In this document: piece after piece, positions 1 to 9,003 of the stretch
Layout of the letters: each line of letters begins with the position of its first letter
Position numbering within the stretch: the first letter of the stretch is position 1
DNA from: an uncultured Bifidobacteriaceae bacterium
Lineage (GTDB): Bacteria > Actinomycetota > Acidimicrobiia > IMCC26256 > JAENVU01
Length of the DNA: 45,210 nucleotides
Direction of reading: 5' to 3'
NCBI GenBank assembly: GCA_964639075.1
Contig: CAZXCB010000002.1
Coordinates: 1-45,210 of the forward strand
Translations under genes and position numbers: made by a program
The notes under the pieces: model-generated
Told to the model about the DNA's origin: nothing
The model's input: only the letters and a program-made list of their open reading frames with translations
Databases searched by the model: none

Positions 1-1
1 G

Positions 2-973
2 AAGATCACCCAGTGGACGCGCTACGTCACCGTCGGGCTCGCGCTGCTCCAGTCCTCGGGTCTCGTGATCGCACTGCGTGACGGCAAGTCCGGCGTGCTC
101 GGCCAGATCGGATTCGAGGGCCGCAACATGATCCCGGACTTCACCGCGGGCAAGGCGGCGTTGATCGTCATGACCTGGGTCGCAGGCACCGCGCTCGTCA
201 TGTGGCTCGGCGAGCTCATCACCCAGCGCGGCGTCGGCAACGGGATGTCGATCATCATCTTCGCGTCGGTGGTGTCGCGCCTGCCCGCCCAGGGCGGCGC
301 GATCTTCGCCGAGGGCGGCATGTTCAAGGGCATGGTGATCGTCCTCATCGGGATCGCGATGATCGCGGCGATCGTCTACGTGGAATCCGGGCAACGGCGC
401 ATCCCGGTCCAGTTCGCGAAGCGAGTGGTCGGCCGGCGCATGTACGGCGGCCAGAGCACCTACATCCCGCTGAAGGTCAACCAGTCGGGTGTGATCCCGG
501 TGATCTTCGCCAGCTCGATCCTCGCATTCCCGGCGCTGATCGCGACCGCGACCAACTGGGGCTGGTTGTCGAACTTCGCCAGCAAGAACCTCGTGAGCGG
601 TAACAGCTGGATCTACATCGGCCTCTACGCGCTCATGATCCTGTTCTTCGCCTACTTCTACACGGCGATCGCGTTCAACCCGCAGCAGCAGGCGGACATC
701 ATCCGCAAGCAGGGCGGCTTCATCCCGGGCATCCGGCCGGGCCCGCCGACCGAGAAGTACCTCGCGAAGGTGCTGAACCGGATCACCCTGCCGGGCGCGA
801 TCTTCCTCATGTTCATCGCGCTCGCCCCGTTGCTCGTGTTCAAGTTCTGGGACATCAGCCAGTTCCCGTTCGGCGGGACGGCGCTGCTCATCACCGTGGG
901 CGTCGCGCTCGAGACGATGAAGCAGATCGACAGCCAGCTGATGATGCGCAACTACGAGGGCTTCCTGTCCTGA
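2..973 (+). CDS. secY: Preprotein translocase SecY, C-terminal ~323 aa (5' end outside window)
   Basis: The frame is open from nt 2 (KITQWTRYVTVGLALLQSSG...) and continuous with track ORF 65..973. It is a multi-TM protein with a SecY-like C-terminal half (GGFIPGIRPGPPTEKYL, LLITVGVALETMKQIDSQLMMRNYEGFLS). It is followed by adk and map, as at the conserved spc-operon end. Confidence 0.9.
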   Translation, partial: KITQWTRYVTVGLALLQSSGLVIALRDGKSGVLGQIGFEGRNMIPDFTAGKAALIVMTWVAGTALVMWLGELITQRGVGNGMSIIIFASVVSRLPAQGGAIFAEGGMFKGMVIVLIGIAMIAAIVYVESGQRRIPVQFAKRVVGRRMYGGQSTYIPLKVNQSGVIPVIFASSILAFPALIATATNWGWLSNFASKNLVSGNSWIYIGLYALMILFFAYFYTAIAFNPQQQADIIRKQGGFIPGIRPGPPTEKYLAKVLNRITLPGAIFLMFIALAPLLVFKFWDISQFPFGGTALLITVGVALETMKQIDSQLMMRNYEGFLS

Positions 974-980
974 GGCCACG

Positions 981-1562
981 TTGAGCACCCGTCGAGGACC
1001 GCGCATCGTCCTGCTCGGCAAGCAGGGCTCAGGCAAGGGAACGCAAGGCGAGCGACTCGCGGCCAAGTTCGGGATGCAGCATCTCTCCACCGGCCAGCTC
1101 TTCCGCGACTCGGCCGACGCCGGGGTGCACGCCGGGCTCGAGGCGAAGGCGTTCATGGACCGCGGTGAGCTCGTCCCCGACGATCTCGTCGTCGCCGTCG
1201 TGGAGGAGCGGTTCCAGAACCCGCTCGAGGTGGAGCCGGGCTTCGTGCTCGACGGCTTCCCGAGGACCCGGCCGCAGGCGCTCGAGCTCGATCGGATCCT
1301 GGGTACGCGCCCGCTCGACGTCGTGATCGATCTCGACGTGCCGACCGAGGTGGCGGTCGAGCGCATGCGCTCCCGGGGCCGCGAGGACGACACCGAGGAG
1401 TCCATCCGGCGGCGCCTGTCGCTCTACGACACCGAGACGAAGCCGCTCGTGGACTTCTACCGCGAGCGCTCGCTGCTCGTGACGATCGACGGGCTCGGTT
1501 CCGAGGACGAGGTCGAGGCCGAGATGATCGCCGTCGTCGCGAGCCGCTTCGCTGCTTCGTGA
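981..1562 (+). CDS. adk: Adenylate kinase (short form, no zinc lid)
   Basis: TTG start at 981. P-loop IVLLGKQGSGKGTQ, then LSTGQLFRD and GFVLDGFPRT motifs. Lies between secY and map. Confidence 0.9.
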   Translation: MSTRRGPRIVLLGKQGSGKGTQGERLAAKFGMQHLSTGQLFRDSADAGVHAGLEAKAFMDRGELVPDDLVVAVVEERFQNPLEVEPGFVLDGFPRTRPQALELDRILGTRPLDVVIDLDVPTEVAVERMRSRGREDDTEESIRRRLSLYDTETKPLVDFYRERSLLVTIDGLGSEDEVEAEMIAVVASRFAAS

Positions 1563-2308
1563 CCCTGCGGAAGTCGCGCTCCCAGATCGCGATCATGCGC
1601 CGCGCCGGCCGCGTGGTGGCCGAGATGCACAGCGCCTGCGCAGCCGCGGTCCGGCCGGGCGTCACCACCGCGGAGATCGACCGCGTCGCTCGCGAGGTGC
1701 TGGCGCGGCGGGGCGCCCGATCGAACTTCCTCGGCTACCACGGGTTCCCCGCCGTGATCTGCACGTCGCCCAACGAGGTGGTGGTCCACGGAATCCCGGG
1801 CGACGTCGTGCTGCGCGAGGGCGACATCGTGTCGCTCGACTGCGGGGCGATCATCGACGGGTGGCACGCCGACGCCGCGATCACCGTGGGGGTCGGCTCG
1901 ATCGACGACGAATCCGCGCGGCTGATCGCCGTGGCGGAGGCGTCACTCGACGCCGCGATCGCGAGCTTGCGCGACGCCCGCACGATCTCGGACGTCGGGG
2001 GTGCGGTGGAGGAGCACGCCTCCGCCGCGGGCTACTCCATCGTGCGTGAGTACGTCGGTCACGGCATCGGCACCGCGATGCACGAAGCGCCCGAGATCCC
2101 GAACTACCGCACCGGCAAGGGTCGCCGTACCCGCGTCGCCGCGGGCATGGTCCTCGCGATCGAGCCGATGATCACGGCCGGGAGTGCGGAGACGGCGGTG
2201 CTCGAGGACGACTGGACGGTCGTGACCGTCGACGGGACCCGGGCCGCCCACGTGGAGCACACGGTGGCCGTCACCGACGACGGCCCGGAGGTGCTGACGC
2301 TCCCGTAG
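1559..2308 (+). CDS. map: Type I methionine aminopeptidase
   Basis: GTG start overlaps the adk stop by 4 nt. MetAP metal-ligand context present (DIVSLDCGAIIDGWHADAA, GHGIGTAMHE, LAIEPM, HVEHTV). Confidence 0.9.
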   Translation: MTLRKSRSQIAIMRRAGRVVAEMHSACAAAVRPGVTTAEIDRVAREVLARRGARSNFLGYHGFPAVICTSPNEVVVHGIPGDVVLREGDIVSLDCGAIIDGWHADAAITVGVGSIDDESARLIAVAEASLDAAIASLRDARTISDVGGAVEEHASAAGYSIVREYVGHGIGTAMHEAPEIPNYRTGKGRRTRVAAGMVLAIEPMITAGSAETAVLEDDWTVVTVDGTRAAHVEHTVAVTDDGPEVLTLP

Positions 2309-2326
2309 GCGCGGCGCGCCCGGAGC

Positions 2327-4237
2327 TCAGAGCTGGACCGGGTCCGGGTCGAGCTCGGCCTCGGCCTCGGCCACGAGGTCGATGTGGCCGTTGACCGACA
2401 GGGGCGTCGCGACCCGCCGATCGATGTCGGTGACGAGCCGGACGAGGATCTCCACGACCTCGGGATGGCTGCCCGTGGGGTCGAGGTCGCGGACGCAGTC
2501 CGGCTCGAGCGAAGGCACGTCGACGAATCGGATGAGATCGTGGGCGCTGCGAGTCGGTGTCTCGTCGGAGCAGAAGAGGTCTTCGTGGAGCTTCTCGCCG
2601 GGACGGAGGCCGGTGAACTCGATCGGGACGTCCGCGCCGCGTGCCGCCGCGAGCTGGCGGGCGACGTCGTAGATCCGCACCGGCTCGCCCATGTCGAGGA
2701 CCATCGCGTGGCCGTCGCTGCCGATGGCGCCCGCCTGGATGACGAGCTGCACGGCCTCCTCGATGGTCATGAAGTAGCGGGTGACGTCGGGGTGGGTGAC
2801 GGTGAGCGGTCCGCCGCGGTCGAGTTGGGCGCGGAACGCGGTGAGCACGGACCCGCGACTGCCGAGCACGTTGCCGAAGCGGACGCTCAGGTACCGGCCG
2901 GGGTAGCGCTGCCCGAACGACGAGGTGAGCGCCTCGGCGATGCGCTTCGAGTAGCCGAGCACGCTCGCGGCGTTGGCGGCCTTGTCGGTGGAGATGTTGA
3001 CGAAGTGCGACACGCCCGCGCTCGCGGCCGCGTCGAGCACCGACAGCGAGCCCCAGACGTTGCTCTTCAGGGCTTCGGACGGGTGCGCCTGCAGCAGGGG
3101 GAGGTGCTTGAGCGCCGCGGCGTGGAAGACGACGTCGGGCTGGATCTCGGCGAACAGTCGGGCGACGCGCGCGCGGTCGCGGATGTCGAGCAGCACGAGC
3201 GAGTCGGAGTCGAGGAGAGCCCGGCCCTCGAGGGTGAGCTGCACCCCGTGGAGGCCCGACTCGTCGCGGTCGATCATCACGAGCTTGCCGGGCGAGAACG
3301 CCGACAGCTGGCGGCACAGCTCCGAGCCGATCGAGCCGCCCGCACCCGTGACCACGACGGTCTTGCCGCGGACGTAGTCAGACACGCTCTGGAGGTCGGT
3401 CTCGACCTTGTGGCGGCCGAGGAGGTCGGCCTCGGTCGGCTCGCGGAGGTCACCGACGTGGACCTCGCCGCCGAGGAGCTCGCGTACGGACGGGACGACC
3501 TTCACGTCGAGGCCAGCGCCCCGTGCCTCGCGGGTGAGCTCGCGGACGAGCGCGCCGTCGCCGGTGGGAACGGCCATGATGAGGACCTTGGCGCCGAAGC
3601 GGTTCGCGACCGCGGCGATGTCGCGCCGGTCACCGAGGACGCGGACGCCGCGGATCGTGAGGTTGCGCTTGCGCGGGTCGTCGTCGAGCAGCGCGACCGG
3701 GACGTAGGGGCTGTCCGAGTCGAAGAGCATGGCGCGGATGGTCCGCTCGCCGCCGTCGCCGGCACCGAAGATGATCGCCCGGTCGCGATCGAGGGCGAGC
3801 GCGCGCCGGCGCTGCTCGAGGAGGCCACGCGCGAGGTAGCGGGCGCCCCCCATCCCGACGAACGCGATGATGCCGGCACCGATCACCGCGCTCAACGGCG
3901 CCGGACGGTCCGGGAAGAGGACGTCGATGATGGCGAGCGCGAGCGTCGTGATGACCGTCGAACGTGCGAGCGCGGCGACCTCTTCGAAGGAGCCGTTGAC
4001 CCACCAGCCGCGGTAGAGGCCGGTCCACCACCCGGTGAGGCACTGCAGGAGGATCGCGAAGGGGAAGAGGGCCGCCAGGGTGAACGAGTTCATCCGGCTC
4101 GGGTCGAAGTCCAGCCGCAGCAGCGACGCGAGGTAGAGCGCGCCGATCCAGATGAGGCAGTCCGCGCTCACCCGGGCGAGTCGTTTGCTGGTCCGCAGCT
4201 TCTCCACCGGGGCTCGCAGCACTCCCGAGACGGACAT
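2327..4237 (-). CDS. Membrane-anchored nucleotide-sugar 4,6-dehydratase/epimerase, CapD/PglF/WbpM family
   Basis: 636 aa. N-terminal TM segments, then two Rossmann regions (AIIFGAGDGG; VVVTGAGGSIGSEL) and the SDR catalytic context ISTDKAANAASVLGYSKR. Confidence 0.85.
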   Translation of the reverse strand: MSVSGVLRAPVEKLRTSKRLARVSADCLIWIGALYLASLLRLDFDPSRMNSFTLAALFPFAILLQCLTGWWTGLYRGWWVNGSFEEVAALARSTVITTLALAIIDVLFPDRPAPLSAVIGAGIIAFVGMGGARYLARGLLEQRRRALALDRDRAIIFGAGDGGERTIRAMLFDSDSPYVPVALLDDDPRKRNLTIRGVRVLGDRRDIAAVANRFGAKVLIMAVPTGDGALVRELTREARGAGLDVKVVPSVRELLGGEVHVGDLREPTEADLLGRHKVETDLQSVSDYVRGKTVVVTGAGGSIGSELCRQLSAFSPGKLVMIDRDESGLHGVQLTLEGRALLDSDSLVLLDIRDRARVARLFAEIQPDVVFHAAALKHLPLLQAHPSEALKSNVWGSLSVLDAAASAGVSHFVNISTDKAANAASVLGYSKRIAEALTSSFGQRYPGRYLSVRFGNVLGSRGSVLTAFRAQLDRGGPLTVTHPDVTRYFMTIEEAVQLVIQAGAIGSDGHAMVLDMGEPVRIYDVARQLAAARGADVPIEFTGLRPGEKLHEDLFCSDETPTRSAHDLIRFVDVPSLEPDCVRDLDPTGSHPEVVEILVRLVTDIDRRVATPLSVNGHIDLVAEAEAELDPDPVQL

Positions 4238-4471
4238 CAGTCGCCGCTCCCGGTGTCACGAAGGCCCGTGTACGCTCGTCCCGCTTCGTGCACCGGCCCC
4301 CCAGCCGCCCGACAGCCGTGATCCTGAACCCGAACGCCCAGGTGTCACGTGAGGCGTCATTCTGGACGCCCGCAGTGGCAGAACGCAAGAGGAACTTTCA
4401 CAGAACGTGGCCAGAATTGGGGATTTCCGAGGTCATGTGGGTCCTTCGGCCCCCGGCCGGCAGGGACGTGG
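4238..4471. promoter_or_regulatory. Divergent intergenic region, presumed promoters for the capD-like gene and the membrane-protein gene
   Basis: 234 nt between divergent genes, containing a locally AT-richer patch at 4381-4440. No -10/-35 could be assigned with confidence. Confidence 0.35.
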
Positions 4472-5527
4472 ATGAACCAGATCTCGACCCTCGTCGACTT
4501 CCCACAATTCCAGAGCGGTTGGTGGGCGGGCGTCGTGCTGCTGCCCGTCGTCGTGGCGATCGGCTGGTCGTCCACGAGCCGTCGCCGCGGCCGTCGGTCA
4601 CCGTGGGGTCTGATGGGTCCCGCGTGGGTCGTCGCCTCGTTGGCGGCACTGGACGGGTGGTTCGGCGCCTGGATCGTGCCGGTGCCGGGGCGGATGGTGT
4701 GGGGGCTGATCGTGGTGGCCCTCGCGGCGGAACTCACGTCGCGGACGCCGAACCCCAAGATCCTGGGTCCGCTCATCGCGTTCCCCGGGGCGATCCTCGT
4801 CGCGGGCACGGTCGACCCGACGACGGCGTACCTGTTCGGCGAGCGGCCACCGGACTGGGTCCCGGTGCTCGTGTTCGTGGTGGTGACCTTCGGCGGACCG
4901 CTCGCCGCCGACCTCGACCGGCGGGGCGCGCGACTCGGGGTCGGGCCGGTGATGTGGGCGATCACCGTGGTGGGCGTCTACCTCACCGTCCCGGACACCG
5001 AGCTGATCCGTCCGCTCGTCGGCGCCGCGCTCCCGCTCGCGCTCACCGGCCTCCCGCTGCGCGCCGCGCGCATCGGGCCCGGCGGCGCGGCCGCGGGGGT
5101 GGGGTTGCTCATGTGGGTCGGCGCGGTCGAGGGCTACGGACGGCCGGGTTCGATCATCGGCGCCGCGGGCGCCTTCGGGCTGTTCCTCGTGGAGCCCGTC
5201 GGTCGCCTGGTGCTGCGGCGCAGGGTCGTGCCCTGGTCGCGCGTGCTCTCGGCCCGGCGGTTCCTGTTCGCGTTCCTCGGCGCGCATCTCGCGGTCGTGC
5301 TGTACGAGACGCGCATCGCCGGGTTCGTGGACACGGGCGGCCCCGCGTTCGCGCTCGCGCTCGTCGGAGCGGTCGTGGGTGGTGCGCTCGGCGGCCTGCT
5401 CGGCTTGTCGAAGCGGGTGCGCCCCACCCGCACATGGTTCGGACCGCGTTCGACGCGTTCGAGCTCGCGTCGGGCACACCCGTCGAGCACGCCGAACGGT
5501 GGCGCCGGGTCTACGCCGCGGTCGTGA
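4472..5527 (+). CDS. Polytopic integral membrane protein of unknown function (~11 predicted TM segments)
   Basis: ATG at 4472 within track ORF 4349..5527. GC3 is very high through the hydrophobic body. I recognise no family motif. The 3' tail overlaps the convergent gene by 17 nt, so both start and C-terminus are uncertain. Confidence 0.55.
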   Translation: MNQISTLVDFPQFQSGWWAGVVLLPVVVAIGWSSTSRRRGRRSPWGLMGPAWVVASLAALDGWFGAWIVPVPGRMVWGLIVVALAAELTSRTPNPKILGPLIAFPGAILVAGTVDPTTAYLFGERPPDWVPVLVFVVVTFGGPLAADLDRRGARLGVGPVMWAITVVGVYLTVPDTELIRPLVGAALPLALTGLPLRAARIGPGGAAAGVGLLMWVGAVEGYGRPGSIIGAAGAFGLFLVEPVGRLVLRRRVVPWSRVLSARRFLFAFLGAHLAVVLYETRIAGFVDTGGPAFALALVGAVVGGALGGLLGLSKRVRPTRTWFGPRSTRSSSRRAHPSSTPNGGAGSTPRS

Positions 5528-6449
5528 GGAAGCCCGCGCGGGCGGCGGCGAGGGCCACCGCGAGCGCGGTGACGACGGTGATGCCGAGCGACGCGGCCGG
5601 GGCCGCGCTCGCGGCGGCGATGCCGAGGCCGGTGAGCGCGATCTGCGCCCCGACGCCGGCGAGCGTCGAGCCCCCCACCGTCATCCCGCGATCGACGAGC
5701 TGGTCGTACAGGTGGCTGCGGTCACCCGCGAGCAGCGGGCGGCGGGCACGGGCCCGTCGCACGATCGCGATCGCCGTGTCCGCGACGGGGACGCCGACGA
5801 GGAGCGGTACCGCCCACCACGTCGACCAGGTCGTGTCGGCGTGCGCGGTGAGCCCGGGGAGGAGCGCGATCGTCGTTCCCAGGAAGTACGCACCGGCGTC
5901 ACCGAGGTAGATGCGCGCCGGCGGCCGGTTGAACACGAGGAAGCCGGCGAGCGCGCCCGCGAGCGCGAGACCGATCGGGCGGGCGGGACCGCCGAGCACG
6001 GCGAACCCGAGCGCGATCACGGTGCCGACGCCCGCGGCCAGCCCGTCCTGGCCGTCGAGCAGGTTCACGGCGTTGAGGAGGCCGAGCACCAGGAGCGCGG
6101 TCGCGACCCGAGCGAGCACCGGACCGCCGGTGCCGAGCGCCGCGACGCCGGCGATGACGAGCTCGGTCGCGATCCGGGGTGCGACGGGGAGGGGGCGGAG
6201 GTCGTCGACGAGACCGAGGCCGAGCGCGAGCCCGGCCGGGATCAGGACCCAGGCCCGGTCCGCGAGCAGCGGTCCGATCAGCGCGGCCAGGAAGACCGCG
6301 ACGCCGCCGAGGTAGGCGATCGGGACCTGCTGGGTCTTGAGGTCGCCCGGGCGGTCGACGATCGCGAACCGCAGGGCGACCCGGCGGGCGGCGGGCGTGA
6401 GGACGAGGGCGCCGCCGAGGCCGACGGCGAGCGCTACGAGGCTCTCCAC
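5511..6449 (-). CDS. Polyprenyl-phosphate HexNAc-1-phosphate transferase, MraY/WecA/WbpL family (initiating transferase)
   Basis: 312 aa multi-TM protein with LGLGLVDDL, the signature NAVNLLDGQDGLAAG, and IYLGDAGAYFLG. Confidence 0.8.
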   Translation of the reverse strand: MESLVALAVGLGGALVLTPAARRVALRFAIVDRPGDLKTQQVPIAYLGGVAVFLAALIGPLLADRAWVLIPAGLALGLGLVDDLRPLPVAPRIATELVIAGVAALGTGGPVLARVATALLVLGLLNAVNLLDGQDGLAAGVGTVIALGFAVLGGPARPIGLALAGALAGFLVFNRPPARIYLGDAGAYFLGTTIALLPGLTAHADTTWSTWWAVPLLVGVPVADTAIAIVRRARARRPLLAGDRSHLYDQLVDRGMTVGGSTLAGVGAQIALTGLGIAAASAAPAASLGITVVTALAVALAAARAGFLTTAA

Positions 6450-7015
6450 ACCAGCACCTCGGACGCGCGGCCCGCGTGGACCTCGACGGTCGTGGCCCGC
6501 GTGAAGTCGGCGGCGCGGTACATCGCGAGCGCGGTCGCGTTGTCCGCCGTGGTGACGACCTTCGCCGTCTCGACGCCACGCGTGTGGAACTCGGCCGTCG
6601 CGGCGCGCACGAGATCGCGACCGATGCCCCGCCCACCCCAGGCGGTGTCGACGGCGACGGCGAGGATCTCGGCGTCGGGCAGGTCACCGGTCGCGGCCGG
6701 ATAGCGCAGGGTCTCGAGCACGCGTGGCAGCGCGCGGAGCAGCTTCGGCGCGGCGAGCACGCCCGCGACGACGCCGTCGCGGAGCATGAACTCGCGATAG
6801 AGGGCACCGAGGTCGGGGACGCCCGCCACGAACCCCTGCACGGTGGCGTCGGCCGCGGCGACGAGCACGAAGCTGCCGTCGGACCGGAGCACCCGCCGGT
6901 AGAGCCGCCGCAGGAAGCCCGGACCCAGGCTCGAGAGGAAGCCCTCGGCGATGCGCTCCGCGTGCAGGCGCGCGATCACGGGCAGGTCGGCATCCGTCGC
7001 GGGCCGGATGATCAT
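6434..7015 (-). CDS. GNAT-family N-acetyltransferase
   Basis: 193 aa with an acetyl-CoA binding motif (LAVAVDTAWGGRGIGRDLV). ATGA overlap with the upstream GT1 gene. Confidence 0.8.
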   Translation of the reverse strand: MIIRPATDADLPVIARLHAERIAEGFLSSLGPGFLRRLYRRVLRSDGSFVLVAAADATVQGFVAGVPDLGALYREFMLRDGVVAGVLAAPKLLRALPRVLETLRYPAATGDLPDAEILAVAVDTAWGGRGIGRDLVRAATAEFHTRGVETAKVVTTADNATALAMYRAADFTRATTVEVHAGRASEVLVWRAS

Positions 7016-8172
7016 CGTCTTGCCGTCCGGGACCGGAGCCGTTCGTAGGTGGCCAACGTGGTGTCGACGACGCGGCGGTCGTCGAACTCGGTGCGCGCCT
7101 TCGCCAGCGCGCCGACGGCGAATCGAGCGCGGGTCTCGGGGTCGTCGGCGATCCGCGCGAGCGCGCGGGCGAGCGCAGACGGGTCGCGGACCGGAACCAG
7201 GAGCCCGGTCTGGTCGGACTCGACGACCTGCCGACAGCCTCGGATGTCGGTGGCGACCACGGGCAGGCCGCTGGCGGCGGCCTCCATCGCCGACCGTGGG
7301 AATCCCTCACGGTGCGACGCGAGGACGTAGACGTCCATGGCGTCGTAGAGCTCCTCGACGTCGTCGCGCAGGCCGAGGAACGTGATGTCGGCGTCGGCCT
7401 CGACCGCGGCGATGTCGGCCGGGCCGAGCTGGTCGGACTTCGCGTCGTCGAGACCCCCGACGACGACGAAGCGGATCCGGGGCGTGTGACCACGCAGCGT
7501 GCGTGCCGCGTCGAACAGCTCGCGGTAGCCCTTCTCCCAGACGAGCCGGCCCACCGCGCCGACCACGACGTCGTCCGGCCCGGCGCCCCACTCGCGGCGG
7601 AGCTCGGTCCGCCGGGTCGCGTCGATGCGGTCCGGACGGAAGCGCGCGAGGTCCACTCCGTTGCCCAACACCCGGAGCTTGTGCTCGGGTACGTGCAGGC
7701 GACGCAGGGTCGGGAGGTCCTCGGGGTTCTGGAGCAGCTCGGCATCCGAGACCGAGGCGGCGAGCCGCTCCAGCGCGTAGACGACCGCCCGCTTGGTGGG
7801 CGGGTCGTCCGGGGTGGCGTAGAGGCCGTGCACCGTGTTCACGATGACGGGCACGTGCGCGGCGCGCGCGGCGAGCCGGCCGTACACCCCCGGCTTGGGG
7901 TTGTGCGTGTGCACGATGCCGGGTCGGAGGTCGCGGAAGAGTCGCCAGAGCTCGGTGAAGGCCGCGACGTCGTGGTGCGGGGCCATCGACCGCGTGGCAT
8001 GGACGAGTGGCAGGTGCCGCACGCCGCGCGCCTCGATGGCCTCGACGTAGCGGCCCGGTGCGGACGCGCCGTAGACCTCGTAGCCCGCCGCGACGAACGC
8101 GCTCAGCTGGGGTCCGAGGAGCAGCTCCAGGCTCATGTCCGTCGTGGTGACGTGGACGAGCCGAATCGTCAT
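7012..8172 (-). CDS. Glycosyltransferase, GT1 superfamily (GT4-like)
   Basis: 386 aa. C-terminal GT-B motif (YVLASHREGFPRSAMEAAASGLPVVATD). ATGA overlaps on both sides. Confidence 0.85.
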   Translation of the reverse strand: MTIRLVHVTTTDMSLELLLGPQLSAFVAAGYEVYGASAPGRYVEAIEARGVRHLPLVHATRSMAPHHDVAAFTELWRLFRDLRPGIVHTHNPKPGVYGRLAARAAHVPVIVNTVHGLYATPDDPPTKRAVVYALERLAASVSDAELLQNPEDLPTLRRLHVPEHKLRVLGNGVDLARFRPDRIDATRRTELRREWGAGPDDVVVGAVGRLVWEKGYRELFDAARTLRGHTPRIRFVVVGGLDDAKSDQLGPADIAAVEADADITFLGLRDDVEELYDAMDVYVLASHREGFPRSAMEAAASGLPVVATDIRGCRQVVESDQTGLLVPVRDPSALARALARIADDPETRARFAVGALAKARTEFDDRRVVDTTLATYERLRSRTARR

Positions 8173-9002
8173 CCGGTCGCAGCCCGGTAGCGCCAGCGGT
8201 TCGCCACGTCCCGCACGGTGTCCTCGAACCGCATCCCCCCCGCGACCTTGGCCGCGAAGAACCGCAGGCCGTCACTCGTCTGGATCGGCGAGCGGGCGAG
8301 CCGGTGGGGATCGGTGGCTCGGTACGGATTGGGTCGGGTCCCGGCGAGCGCGGCCGAGCGGTAGCGGACGCGCACGGCGGTATCGGCCGGCGATGATCCG
8401 GCGACCGCCTTCGGATACGCGAAGTGGCGGACCGGACCGCCGACGTGCTCGCCGATGAGCGCGTCGGCGCGATCGAGCTCGTCGGCGATCATCGTTGCCG
8501 GGAGGCGGTCGAGCAGCGCGTGCGTGTGCGTGTGCGAGCCGACCGTGACGAGTCCGGACGCGGCGGTGTCGCGGAGTGCGGCCCAGCTGAGCGGCCGCCC
8601 GGCGTCGGGGAAGTCGACGCCGCGCGTCACGAAGTCGGTCGCGACGTACAGCGTGACCGGGATCGCGTGCCGTTCGAGGACGGGGTGGGCGAGCTCCGCG
8701 AAGTCGGCGGTGCCATCGTCGAACGTGACGACCACGGGATCCTCGTCGGGCTCGTCCGGCGGGGCACCCTCGAGCGCGTCGAGTGCGTCGTCGAGGGAAC
8801 AAACGCGACCGCTCGCGGCCAACGTCTCCATCTGCGCCTCGAACGTCGCGAGCGGCAGGTCGACGTCGAGGGGCGTCCGACCCCCCACGCGGTGGTAGAT
8901 GAGCACCGTCACCCCGCGCGGGCGAGGGCGGAGTCGATCGAGTGCGTGGACCGACCACTTGAAGCCCTGCTTCGCCGCCGCGAGCGGCGCCGGTGCGCCC
9001 AC
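8169..9002 (-). CDS. Polysaccharide deacetylase (NodB/CE4 family)
   Basis: GTG start at 9002. Has the CE4 motifs VVTFDDGTADF and VGSHTHTH. Confidence 0.8.
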   Translation of the reverse strand: MGAPAPLAAAKQGFKWSVHALDRLRPRPRGVTVLIYHRVGGRTPLDVDLPLATFEAQMETLAASGRVCSLDDALDALEGAPPDEPDEDPVVVTFDDGTADFAELAHPVLERHAIPVTLYVATDFVTRGVDFPDAGRPLSWAALRDTAASGLVTVGSHTHTHALLDRLPATMIADELDRADALIGEHVGGPVRHFAYPKAVAGSSPADTAVRVRYRSAALAGTRPNPYRATDPHRLARSPIQTSDGLRFFAAKVAGGMRFEDTVRDVANRWRYRAATG

Positions 9003-9003
9003 G

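Noticed and set aside
2384-4321. 645-aa plus-strand ORF antisense to the CapD-like gene. Similar antisense or shadow ORFs occur at 5379-6704, 14762-16462, 16816-18408, 18174-19343, 25236-26690, 25963-27795, 28533-30206, 30390-32345, 35292-36731 and 38711-40636
   Set aside because: Their translations are low-complexity (R/G/A/P/D/E-rich) with no motifs. Each lies opposite, or out of frame with, an ORF that has clear family signatures and high GC3.
4252-4352. 9-bp direct repeat GGTGTCACG (4252-4260 and 4341-4349) and the 8-bp palindrome TCACGTGA (4345-4352), considered as an operator
   Set aside because: A single 9-mer repeat and a short palindrome in about 230 nt of GC-rich DNA are plausible by chance. 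There is no third copy and no similar site in the other promoter regions.
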